64,000 nt of DNA. It comes from a virus. Below, in pieces: positions 8,620 to 16,715 of this stretch (the first letter of the stretch is position 1; each line of letters begins with the position of its first letter). The notes beneath the pieces were generated by a model, which made no database searches, was not told the DNA's origin, and worked only from the letters and a program-made list of their open reading frames with translations. Both the position numbers and the translations under genes were made by a program. The stretch is taken from positions 34,412-98,411 of IMG/VR virus record IMGVR_UViG_3300045391_002681. One strand, written 5' to 3'.

Positions 8620-9020
8620 GTGAGATCAGGGCTATATCGGCCGAGGGGGTGACTAGTCAGTCGGTGAACGACGGTGCTTTCGCGATCCTGCAGTTTCAAC
8701 GCACCAATCCGGACCCAAATGGCGGCACGATGGTCAATGTCGCGCTGCCCATGCAGATGATGTTTTACGTGGCCGTAGCTGCTCTCAATGCCATTCCAAA
8801 GCCCGACCCCGGACTGACCGGGCACCATCCCTTCGTGCTGGCCGCCCAACAAGTCCAACTCGGGCGCGGCCCCAACGGGCAGATCATCTTCACGGTTGAG
8901 CTCGAACAAGGCGCTCGGCTGAGCTTCGAACTCGACCAAGGTCAAGCCGACAGCTTGGCCGCCGGCTTCGCTACCGTTGCAAGCCCAGTTGTGGGCAAGC
9001 CGTCGGGACCGGTGAACTGA
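8616..9020 (+). CDS. Hypothetical protein (MSEIRAIS...)
   Basis: ATGA-coupled start at 8616, protein-like composition. Confidence 0.6.
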   Translation: MSEIRAISAEGVTSQSVNDGAFAILQFQRTNPDPNGGTMVNVALPMQMMFYVAVAALNAIPKPDPGLTGHHPFVLAAQQVQLGRGPNGQIIFTVELEQGARLSFELDQGQADSLAAGFATVASPVVGKPSGPVN

Positions 9021-9023
9021 TCG

Positions 9024-9163
9024 CCCTCGCCTCCCCCTAGCGCTGACAGACAGCGCGGAGGCAGGTCATCTCCAGTCCCGCCCTTTCGGGGTTGGCGAGG
9101 GTCTTTGCTCTGGCGTTCACGCCAGAAGGTCTCCGGTCGTCCTGTACTGGGCAGGGTCGGAGA
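9024..9163 (-). ncRNA. Candidate structured RNA downstream of the tRNA cluster
   Basis: Stems CCCTCGCC/GGCGAGGG, CCC-GAAA-GGG, GCGCTG/CAGCGC, TCTGGCG/CGCCAGA, TCTCCG/CGGAGA. Confidence 0.4.
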
Positions 9164-9244
9164 TGGTGGAGCAGGTTAGGGGATCGAACCCCACCCTTCG
9201 CTGCCGGCGATCAACCCGGCCGGGGCCGCGACCAGCGGACCTGC
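9164..9244 (-). ncRNA. Non-canonical tRNA-like RNA
   Basis: GCAGGT/ACCTGC acceptor stem, TCCACCA end, T-arm TGGGG-TTCGATC-CCCTA, hairpins CCGC-TGGTC-GCGG and GCCGG-GTTGATCG-CCGGC. Confidence 0.65.
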
Positions 9245-9250
9245 ATGAAG

Positions 9251-9324
9251 TGGAGCGGCGACGGGGATTCGAACCCCGATCCTCAGCTTGGAAGGCTGCG
9301 GCTCTACCCTTGAGCTATGGCCGC
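9251..9324 (-). tRNA. tRNA-Gly(TCC)
   Basis: GCGGCCATAGCTCAAGGGTAGAGCCGCAGCCTTCCAAGCTGAGGATCGGGGTTCGAATCCCCGTCGCCGCTCCA; cloverleaf with C6:C67 mismatch. Confidence 0.92.
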
Positions 9325-9328
9325 AGTT

Positions 9329-9372
9329 TGGTCGCCGGTGGCTGTCTCAAGCCGCGCCTAAGCGCTCCGGCG
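9329..9372 (-). ncRNA. 44-nt mini tRNA-like element ending ACCA
   Basis: CGCCGG A GCGC-TTAG-GCGC GGCT-TGAGAC-AGCC A CCGGCG ACCA, 4 nt upstream of tRNA-Gly. Confidence 0.55.
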
Positions 9373-9383
9373 GTGAACTTGGT

Positions 9384-9740
9384 TTAGGCGGCGATCAGCC
9401 CGGCGCCGATGGAGCCGGAACTGGCGGCCTGGCGGCGCTGGTGAACGCGGCGCTCGCGCTGGGCCTGGAAGTGGATCACCTGCGAGCGATGCACCATGCC
9501 AACGGCGTCGACCTCGCCGCGCACCAGCCAGCGCGGGAACATGCGGTCGGGGGCGAAGGCGGCGGCGATGGCCGGCACGATCAGGTCGCACCAGACGTAG
9601 CGGCTCTGGCGGATGACCGCCCGGAGCGGCGCGGCGACGATGCTGTACGAAACGGACACGATCAGCGCGCACGCGAGCGCGCCCAACAGATAGGAGCTGA
9701 GAGCCATGGCGATGTCCTTGGAATCGAAACGGCCCCGCAA
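9384..9740 (-). CDS. Hypothetical membrane-anchored protein
   Basis: N-terminal hydrophobic segment LLGALACALIVSVSYSIV. Confidence 0.55.
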   Translation of the reverse strand: MRGRFDSKDIAMALSSYLLGALACALIVSVSYSIVAAPLRAVIRQSRYVWCDLIVPAIAAAFAPDRMFPRWLVRGEVDAVGMVHRSQVIHFQAQRERRVHQRRQAASSGSIGAGLIAA

Positions 9741-9808
9741 TGAAGCTGGGGCCGATCTGGTCGCACTAAGCGACGGTGCCTAAAGATACAGCTTAGCTGC
9801 CGATTTCG

Positions 9809-10270
9809 TCAAGCCCGCTTGTAACGGTGAGCCGCCAGTGGGTCGTATGGCTCTCGCTTGCTCTTCCGCTTCGGTGCTCGCGGTTGTTGTAAAGCCTCTT
9901 TGGCCGCGCGGTCCTGCTCCTCAACCCGAAACCAAAGGGCGCTATGTCCTTGCTCCACCAGTTGGGCGGCTCGCACAACAACGCGCTCGCAAGACGCGGC
10001 ATCGACACTGAACCACTCGCCCATCATTCTCCTGTTTCGGATGAGCCAATGGGCCATTTGCTCGACCTGACATGCCGCACCGAAGGTCGTTGTGAGCTTG
10101 AACCTTATGTGCAGCCGAAATGGGTTCCCGTTCTGCAACTGCCCCAGCCGGTTTTCCACGTCCTTCGCGATGCCGATCTTGTGGGGGCCGTTGTCGATGC
10201 CGATGACGTAGACGAAGTGCTCGGCGTCAAGCGCGGGATCGCGTTGGTAGACCATCAGTGCAAGCCCCAA
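9809..10270 (-). CDS. GIY-YIG superfamily (T5orf172/MUG113-like) protein
   Basis: FVYVIG...HKIGIAKDVENRLGQLQNGNP...GEWF. Confidence 0.82.
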   Translation of the reverse strand: MGLALMVYQRDPALDAEHFVYVIGIDNGPHKIGIAKDVENRLGQLQNGNPFRLHIRFKLTTTFGAACQVEQMAHWLIRNRRMMGEWFSVDAASCERVVVRAAQLVEQGHSALWFRVEEQDRAAKEALQQPRAPKRKSKREPYDPLAAHRYKRA

Positions 10271-10938
10271 TGGTCAGCGCACACGTCGAGGGCTATCCGC
10301 AGGGCATCGCCGTTGAGCTTGCGATCTTGGCTCTTCGCCGTTGAGATGTTGCTGATCGTGCGCCCTTCTCCCGCGATGCGGCGGAGGGTGTTCAGCAACC
10401 GACCGTTTCCGGCCGCCTGCACCTTCGCCTCGAGCCGGTTCCTGGCCTGGATCTTCTGGCCCACGTCCTCCAGCTTGCGCTTATCCTCTGAGCCTGAAAT
10501 CGAGCGGTCGAGGTTCGACTTGATCGAGCGTTCGGTGGCCTCGTAGAGGTCGCGGTAGCGGAGCCCGGCGACGTACTGCAGCGGCGTGATGGCGTTGGCC
10601 TGCAGCAGCGATTCCAGCCCATCTCGGGTCAGGATGCGTCGGCGCCCGGACTTGGCGGTTTCCACCACTTCCTTGGCCTCGGGATCGCGGGCCCGTTCCA
10701 GCACCTCCAACTCGGCGAAGCGCAGCGCCAGGGCGTCATGCTCCTCGCCCAACCGCCTACCCTCCTCCATCGCCCGCAGTTCGTCCCTGGCCGCTTCCTT
10801 CCGATGCTTGGACACGGTCGGGTCCGCCACGCGCCGCAACAGCTTCTCGACGCGCTGGAGCTGATGCGCCGGCCATCCTCGTTCTCCTTCCGGCAACTGG
10901 ATGAGCACCGATACCCTCGGCTTGGTCTCGGCGTTCAT
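10255..10938 (-). CDS. Hypothetical protein at the late-regulator position
   Basis: Near the end of the early operon, C-terminal helical ALRIALDVCADHWG; role inferred from position. Confidence 0.6.
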   Translation of the reverse strand: MNAETKPRVSVLIQLPEGERGWPAHQLQRVEKLLRRVADPTVSKHRKEAARDELRAMEEGRRLGEEHDALALRFAELEVLERARDPEAKEVVETAKSGRRRILTRDGLESLLQANAITPLQYVAGLRYRDLYEATERSIKSNLDRSISGSEDKRKLEDVGQKIQARNRLEAKVQAAGNGRLLNTLRRIAGEGRTISNISTAKSQDRKLNGDALRIALDVCADHWGLH

Positions 10939-10975
10939 GCGGCGCTCCTCGACTTGGTGGTTGGATCGGCGATGG

Positions 10976-11635
10976 TCACGGCCACCTCTTGTCGGTCTCG
11001 CCGAACTCGAAGCGCGCCGAGCGCGAGGCGTCGTAAGCCTTCTGGAAGGCTTGGCTGATCACCGGTCGCCAATGGCCGTCTGTGCTGGGATAGGAGTCGG
11101 CTTCGTGGATGTGGCCAAGCCAGCCCTGCCGGTTTGGCGGAAACTGCTCGCCGGTCTCCGGGTCCACCACAGGCTTGGCAGACGGAAACGAGAGGCAAAG
11201 GCCGCCGCGCTGGGAACAGCTCGAGAAATAACCGAGGCCGTCTTCGCGCTGCCGGAACTGATGGTACGGGTAGTCCTCAGTATCTCTGAAAAGCAGCAGT
11301 TGCGGAGTAGAGTCCGGCGCGCCGACGGCAAGGAAGACCAACTCGTGAGAGGCACACGCAAGCTCCCAGCACTTTCTCTTTTCGTCATCGGTAGGCGACT
11401 GACCTTTAACCTCAAGCCAATAGTTGCGATTGAAGTCGGGATTGTCATCTTCCCACAGTTTGATCTGGTCGAAAGTAGAGAACCTGAAGTCTGGAAGATA
11501 TGGTCCGGACGGAAGAACAATCCCCTCCGGTTCATACTCGAACTTGAGTTCGAGGGCGTCGAAGAACACCGCCCAGCGCGCCTCGGTGCGTGACCGAAAG
11601 CGATAGCCCTTCCACTTAGTCTCGATGGGCTTCAC
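10976..11635 (-). CDS. PD-(D/E)XK-type nuclease-like protein
   Basis: FRSRTEARWAVFFD...EYEPEG...YLPDF...WLEVKG; paralogue at 57735-58409. Confidence 0.75.
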   Translation of the reverse strand: MKPIETKWKGYRFRSRTEARWAVFFDALELKFEYEPEGIVLPSGPYLPDFRFSTFDQIKLWEDDNPDFNRNYWLEVKGQSPTDDEKRKCWELACASHELVFLAVGAPDSTPQLLLFRDTEDYPYHQFRQREDGLGYFSSCSQRGGLCLSFPSAKPVVDPETGEQFPPNRQGWLGHIHEADSYPSTDGHWRPVISQAFQKAYDASRSARFEFGETDKRWP

Positions 11636-12660
11636 GCGCTTTTCCTCTCTGGCTGATCATTGACGACAATGTGCACGCCGACGGCGCGCAACGCTGCGCC
11701 GACTTTGGCCTCCAGCGTTTTGGCCATGAAGGAATTCGGCGCGATTACCTGCCGCCGACCAGCGTCCCACCCGCAGGGGTCGAGATAGCCCAGGGCAACG
11801 CGCTCGCCATCAGCACCTGAGGCGACAACCGCGCGCCTTATCTCAGCAGGTCCAGTGAACTCTGGAACGGCCGCTGCGGCCTGCACGGGAGCGCCTCCGT
11901 AGAAGCCCTCCAATAGCCTGCGCCATGACTTCGGCTGGCAGACGAAGTCGATGTCAGCTTTCCAGCCGCGGTCGTTTTGACCACGGCAGTGATCGCTGCG
12001 TTCGACAGCGGCCAGGGCCTGGCGCCAGGCATCCATTCCGCCTTCCGAGAGGCGGGCATGTATCGCGGCCTTCCGTGACCTGTCGATGGTCCTGGCCTGA
12101 GGGAGGCCAAGCCTAGCAGCCAACGCGTTCCACTCGTCTACGGCGATGCGGACTGCGTCGTTCGGCTTGCCGGCGACAAAGGATGCGTCAGCATCCTTAT
12201 CTTCTGGTGTAGGTGAAGGTCGCGCGACCAACGCGGGTGTTTCACTCTGGGTACCCCGCTGGGTATCCTGGAGAAAACCTGCTGGGTTATTTGGGGGATT
12301 GCCGTCGGGTTTGTTTCCGCTTGGCTCTTGGCTGCGTGGGCGCCCTCCCTTTCGACCGTTGGCGCGGCTTGTCTCGGCCATGCGCGCGGCCTTCTCATAC
12401 TCCTCAAGCACCCGCCCATGCACTAGCCACTCACCCTCGACCGAGAAGAACGGAAGTAGCTTCGGGGCAAGCTTACGCCACTCGGACGTGCTTGCTTTCA
12501 CGATGGCGGCGAGTTCAGACTCGTCATTCGGGAGCCGCCCTCCGCCATCCCAGCAGGCTAGCAGAAGCAGGAAATATCCGCCGTGCTGGTCCCGCGTCAG
12601 ACGCATGGTCTTACGCAGGTAGTCCGCAGGGTAAAACGGCATCCAGGCGTCGGCTTTCAC
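11632..12660 (-). CDS. YdaU/DUF1376-family replication initiator
   Basis: WMPFYPADYLRKTMRLTRDQHGGYFLLL; downstream of dnaB; internal repeats. Confidence 0.85.
   Translation of the reverse strand: MKADAWMPFYPADYLRKTMRLTRDQHGGYFLLLLACWDGGGRLPNDESELAAIVKASTSEWRKLAPKLLPFFSVEGEWLVHGRVLEEYEKAARMAETSRANGRKGGRPRSQEPSGNKPDGNPPNNPAGFLQDTQRGTQSETPALVARPSPTPEDKDADASFVAGKPNDAVRIAVDEWNALAARLGLPQARTIDRSRKAAIHARLSEGGMDAWRQALAAVERSDHCRGQNDRGWKADIDFVCQPKSWRRLLEGFYGGAPVQAAAAVPEFTGPAEIRRAVVASGADGERVALGYLDPCGWDAGRRQVIAPNSFMAKTLEAKVGAALRAVGVHIVVNDQPERKSA
12233..12320. repeat. Iteron-like repeats (putative ori of prophage 1)
   Basis: (C/T)GGGT cores at 12234, 12248, 12260, 12283 and 12306, inside the initiator gene. 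Confidence 0.45.
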
Positions 12661-14102
12661 TCGCGCCCTCCCCGCGGTTCGCTGAAGTCCACGACCTGGC
12701 CGCCGAACCGGTTCTCGCGGGCGAGGTTGCCGAACTTGGTCAGGTCGGAGTTGAAGGCCAGCTTCACGGTGCCGATCGGGCCGTGGCGCTGCTTGCCGAT
12801 GATCACCTCGGCAAGGCCCTGGACCTTGGACATGTCATCGCACCACTTCAGGTGCTCGGCGGTGCCCTCGCGGGGCTCCGACCGGCCGAGGTAGTATTCC
12901 TCCCGGTAGACGAACCACACCATGTCGGCGTCCTGCTCGATCGAGCCGGATTCGCGCAGGTCGCTGAGCTGCGGACGCTTGTCCTCGCGGCTCTCGACCT
13001 GGCGGCTGAGCTGCGACAGGGCCAGGACCGGAACGCCGAGTTCCTTCGCCAGGGCCTTGAGCCCCTGGGTGATCATCGACACCTCTTGCACGCGGTTGTC
13101 GAAGTGGCCGCCCCCGGTGACCAGCTGCAGGTAGTCGACCACCACCAGGCCGAGGCCGAGCTTGCGGTGCAGGCGTCGGGCGCGGGCGCAGAGCTTGGCT
13201 AGCGGAAGGCCGCCGGTGGCGTCGATGTGCAGGGGCGTCCGGCGGATTTCGTCGCGCGCCTCTCGGAGCCGGCCGAACTCCATGGCGTCGATCTGGCCTT
13301 TTCGGGTGCGGTCCGAAGGCACGCCCGAGACTTCGGCTAGGATGCGCCCCGCCAGTTGCTCCTCGGACATCTCCAGCGAGTAGAGGGCGACGTGCTCGCC
13401 TTTCCTAGCGGCGTGGAAGGCAATGTTCGTGGCGAGGGCCGATTTGCCCATTGAGGGCCTGCCGGCCAGGATAATCAGGTCGGACGGGTGTAGGCCCCCC
13501 AGCATAGCGTCCAGGTCGATAAGGCCGGTGGATAGGCCCGCGACCTCCCCTCGCCTGTCATAGGCCGCCGCAGCCATGTCCATGGCCTTATCCAGCGCTT
13601 CGCCGAACTCGACGAAACCGCCGCCGGCCGGGCCGCGCTCGGAGAGGGCGAACAGTTGTTGCTCAGCGGCGCCAAGGTGGTCCCACCCGGGAATGGTGCG
13701 GTCCCGCGCGGACGCAGCGATCTCGCCGGCCGCTGCGATCAACTGTCGGCGCACATAGTGGTCGATGATGGTCTCGGCGTGGGCCTTGGCCATGAACACG
13801 GGCGGGGCATTCTGGATCAGGTCGGCGAGGTAGACCTTGCCGCCGAGCTCGGTCAGTGCGGCATCGTCCTTGAGACGGTCGTGCAGCCAGATCGGGTCAA
13901 CCGCTATGCCGATCGACATCCGCTCGGCGAACACCTGCCAGATGCGGCCATGGATCGGCTCGGCGAAGTGTTTCGGCTCCAGGGCCCCGACTTCGTGGAA
14001 CGCGTCGTTCGTGTAGAGGGCGCAGCCGATCAGCGCCTGCTCGGCCTCCAGGCTGCTCGGCAGTTGGTCCAGCTTGTCGGCGACGAGGGTCAGCAGGCTC
14101 AC
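12657..14102 (-). CDS. dnaB: Replicative DNA helicase
   Basis: AGRPSMGKS, VVDYLQL, LSQLSRQVE, DLRESGSIEQDAD, KQRHGP. Confidence 0.97.
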   Translation of the reverse strand: MSLLTLVADKLDQLPSSLEAEQALIGCALYTNDAFHEVGALEPKHFAEPIHGRIWQVFAERMSIGIAVDPIWLHDRLKDDAALTELGGKVYLADLIQNAPPVFMAKAHAETIIDHYVRRQLIAAAGEIAASARDRTIPGWDHLGAAEQQLFALSERGPAGGGFVEFGEALDKAMDMAAAAYDRRGEVAGLSTGLIDLDAMLGGLHPSDLIILAGRPSMGKSALATNIAFHAARKGEHVALYSLEMSEEQLAGRILAEVSGVPSDRTRKGQIDAMEFGRLREARDEIRRTPLHIDATGGLPLAKLCARARRLHRKLGLGLVVVDYLQLVTGGGHFDNRVQEVSMITQGLKALAKELGVPVLALSQLSRQVESREDKRPQLSDLRESGSIEQDADMVWFVYREEYYLGRSEPREGTAEHLKWCDDMSKVQGLAEVIIGKQRHGPIGTVKLAFNSDLTKFGNLARENRFGGQVVDFSEPRGGRE

Positions 14103-14344
14103 CGATTGCCCTCCCTGCGCTCGCTGGCGGCCAGATCGGCGATCGCCTCCGCAGCCATCAGCGCCGCTTCTCCCGGGCTCGTATGGCCGGCGTAGAGGTT
14201 GATGGCGGCGATCAGCAGATGACGGGAGGACGTCGTGCGCGTGGCCGGATCGCGGCTGTACCGTCGCGCCATCGAGGAGACGATGCGGAACATCCCCTCC
14301 CCCGCCTTCTCTTCATTGGAGGGGTTTAAGTTTAGGGAGGTCAT
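14099..14344 (-). CDS. Hypothetical protein
   Basis: Coupled at both ends within the operon. Confidence 0.5.
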   Translation of the reverse strand: MTSLNLNPSNEEKAGEGMFRIVSSMARRYSRDPATRTTSSRHLLIAAINLYAGHTSPGEAALMAAEAIADLAASERREGNR

Positions 14345-15111
14345 GCGGCATCGCCTCCGAACATCTTGGTCTGGATGGGCTTGGGCATGGGCTCGTCGAA
14401 TAGGCGGGGCTGCTTGTTGGCGGCCTCGATGCGACGGCAGGCGAGGTCAAACCAACGCTCGTTCTGCTCAATGCCGATGAACTTCCGGCCGAGGTTGACG
14501 GCGGCCACTCCGGTCGTGCCCGAGCCCATGAACGGGTCGCAGATGGTTTCGCCCGGGCGCGTGAAGTCGCCCAGGATCTCCATCATCAGCGGGACCGGCT
14601 TCTCGGTAGGGTGCTCGCCCTGGCGACCAGTATTTACGCAGTGGACGTAGACGCCGCGCTTGCCGCCGGCGTTCCAGCGGCGGTATCCGGGCCCGCACCA
14701 TGCCGTAACGAAGCACTCAGCGCCGCGCGCGGGGCCTTGGCCGTTGAATCGCGGGCTAGCGTCTGGCTTGACCCAAAAACAGGTCGTGTCCCACTTCGCG
14801 CCAACTGTTTGCAGGTCGTCACGCCACGCGCGGACGCCTTCAGCGAGGGTGAAAAGGATAGCCCAGCCGGACGAAATTTGGCGCACTCTCGCCGCGATTT
14901 CTGCGCGCTGCGCGTTGATCCCCGCGAACCCAAGATCCCCGTGCATCGCGCGACCATCTGCGCGAGTGATCCGCTGCTCTTTAGCCCCCGCGTGTAATTC
15001 GTCCTCATAGGGCGGATCGCTGATGACGTGGTCGACCTCGAGCGAGCCCATTAGCTCGCGGCAGTCGCCATGTAGGAGGCGGCATTCCCCGATGATTTCC
15101 TCTCGCGCCAT
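14341..15111 (-). CDS. DNA N4-C/N6-A methyltransferase, beta class
   Basis: SDPPY precedes HPTEKP and DPFMGSGTTG. Confidence 0.92.
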   Translation of the reverse strand: MAREEIIGECRLLHGDCRELMGSLEVDHVISDPPYEDELHAGAKEQRITRADGRAMHGDLGFAGINAQRAEIAARVRQISSGWAILFTLAEGVRAWRDDLQTVGAKWDTTCFWVKPDASPRFNGQGPARGAECFVTAWCGPGYRRWNAGGKRGVYVHCVNTGRQGEHPTEKPVPLMMEILGDFTRPGETICDPFMGSGTTGVAAVNLGRKFIGIEQNERWFDLACRRIEAANKQPRLFDEPMPKPIQTKMFGGDAA

Positions 15112-16437
15112 CTACGCCACCCTCACATCGGTGGAGAGGAGGGAGTCGACCGCTTCGATCCGGCGTCCGATCCAGGCCATCACGGGGACGGCCATCGAGT
15201 TGCCGAGCGCCCTGTAGCGAGGGCCGTCAGGGGCCATGCCGTTGCGCCAGGAGATCAGGGTGTAGTCGTCGGGGAATCCTTGGAGGCGTTCGCACTCGCG
15301 GGGCGTCAGGCGACGGACGGCGCTCGTTTGGACAATGCTGCCCACCTCGTTAGAGCCTGGCCGAGTGTGGCTACGAACCGTACCGGCAATGTAATCACGG
15401 CTCGAGCCACCGGAGGCGCTGCGGAGCGCGCCGATCTGGTCACCACCCACTTCCGGAATGGCGCCGCCATCACGGCCGCGAAGGGCGAAGGCGATGGCTG
15501 GGGGAGCCCCCGCGTTGGCGTGCGAACCGTCATGACCTCCTGCCCGAAGCGTGGGGGCAAGATCAGCCTCGGCATCGGCGCCGTGGTCCTTGGAGGAGAA
15601 GCAGATTGCCGGCGCATGGGCCCCTCGCGCCAGCGGGTGGCACGGGTCGCCTGGCCTCGGGTCACTCCTGTTTAGGGCGCTCGTCACCTGAGTGGTATCG
15701 AACGCGATCAGTAGCCCACTCTCGGCGTCTTGTTGTGTCGCCGAGCCGGCAGCCTTTCCGTTGGCGCCCAGCGTTCCGGCGACTAGGGGCGTGCCTCTGC
15801 CCGTTCCGTCTTCGGACGCATCGAAGCCGCCAGCTCTAAGGCTGTGCGCAACGTCTGCGGGAGTTCCTTCCCCCGCTTCGCGGCGCGGCGAAGGATACCC
15901 CGACAGGCCGTGGCGCTCAAAAAGAACCGCTGCGGCACGTCGCCAGTCTCCAGCGTGTCCGACAACGAACACACGGCGGCGACGCTGGGCCACTCCGAAG
16001 AACTGAGCGTCAAGCACTCGGTACGCGAACCCATACCCGAGTTCGACCATGCCCCCGAGAATGGCTCCAAAGTCCCGTCCTCCGTTCGACGACAGGACGC
16101 CGGGGACGTTCTCCCAAACCAGCCATCGGGGCCGCAGGCGGTCAGCCAGCCTAAGATATTCGAGGGCCAGGTTACCGCGCTCATCGTCCAGTCCGCCTCG
16201 GAGACCCGCGACGCTGAAAGACTGGCAAGGTGTTCCTCCGACCAGAAGGTCGATTGTGTCGTATTCGCCGGCTTGGATCGTCGTGAAATCGCCATGCAGC
16301 GGCGTCTCCGGGTAGTGGTGCTTGAGCACCGCGCGGGGGAAGGGTTCGATCTCGGCGAGGAACGACGCGCGCCAGCCGAGCGGATGCCAGGCGCAGGAGG
16401 CGGCCTCGATGCCGGAACAGACGGAGCCGTACTTCAC
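15112..16437 (-). CDS. DNA cytosine-C5 methyltransferase
   Basis: CSGIEA, GGTPCQ, WENVPG, QRRRRVF, RRLTPRECERLQGFPD, GNSMAVP. Confidence 0.95.
   Translation of the reverse strand: MKYGSVCSGIEAASCAWHPLGWRASFLAEIEPFPRAVLKHHYPETPLHGDFTTIQAGEYDTIDLLVGGTPCQSFSVAGLRGGLDDERGNLALEYLRLADRLRPRWLVWENVPGVLSSNGGRDFGAILGGMVELGYGFAYRVLDAQFFGVAQRRRRVFVVGHAGDWRRAAAVLFERHGLSGYPSPRREAGEGTPADVAHSLRAGGFDASEDGTGRGTPLVAGTLGANGKAAGSATQQDAESGLLIAFDTTQVTSALNRSDPRPGDPCHPLARGAHAPAICFSSKDHGADAEADLAPTLRAGGHDGSHANAGAPPAIAFALRGRDGGAIPEVGGDQIGALRSASGGSSRDYIAGTVRSHTRPGSNEVGSIVQTSAVRRLTPRECERLQGFPDDYTLISWRNGMAPDGPRYRALGNSMAVPVMAWIGRRIEAVDSLLSTDVRVA
15783..16295 (-). CDS. Out-of-frame ORF nested in the C5 MTase (possible beta-type subunit)
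   Basis: 170 open codons in an alternative same-strand frame; protein-like C-terminus CSLSDTLETGDVPQRFFLSATACRGILRRAAKRGKELP. Confidence 0.5.
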   Translation of the reverse strand: MAISRRSKPANTTQSTFWSEEHLASLSASRVSEADWTMSAVTWPSNILGWLTACGPDGWFGRTSPASCRRTEDGTLEPFSGAWSNSGMGSRTECLTLSSSEWPSVAAVCSLSDTLETGDVPQRFFLSATACRGILRRAAKRGKELPQTLRTALELAASMRPKTERAEARP

Positions 16438-16715
16438 GCCGCATCCCTCCCGCCGAACACCGCTTCCGCCCGCTCCCGAGGGGTCAGGAGGGCGACTGCA
16501 GGCATTGCCTTTTCTTGGTGGCCGAGGGCTTCGCAGACCCGCTGGCGGAGCTTCTGCAGCGCCTTCATGCGCAGATCGGCTGGAATGCCTTCCACCACGT
16601 TCATGGCGTCGGAGACGGCGTCGTCGATCACTTCGGCGCGGACGGAGTCGAGGGCGCTCTGCATGTGCTGCTCGAGCGACGTGCGCCGGGTGAGGGAGCG
16701 CTTTTCGACGATCAC
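16434..16715 (-). CDS. Hypothetical protein
   Basis: Coupled ORF in the operon. Confidence 0.55.
   Translation of the reverse strand: MIVEKRSLTRRTSLEQHMQSALDSVRAEVIDDAVSDAMNVVEGIPADLRMKALQKLRQRVCEALGHQEKAMPAVALLTPRERAEAVFGGRDAA

Noticed and set aside
9060-9095. Hammerhead ribozyme (CTGGAGA and GAAA on the minus strand)
   Set aside because: Core deviates from CUGANGA and the stems are not in hammerhead order
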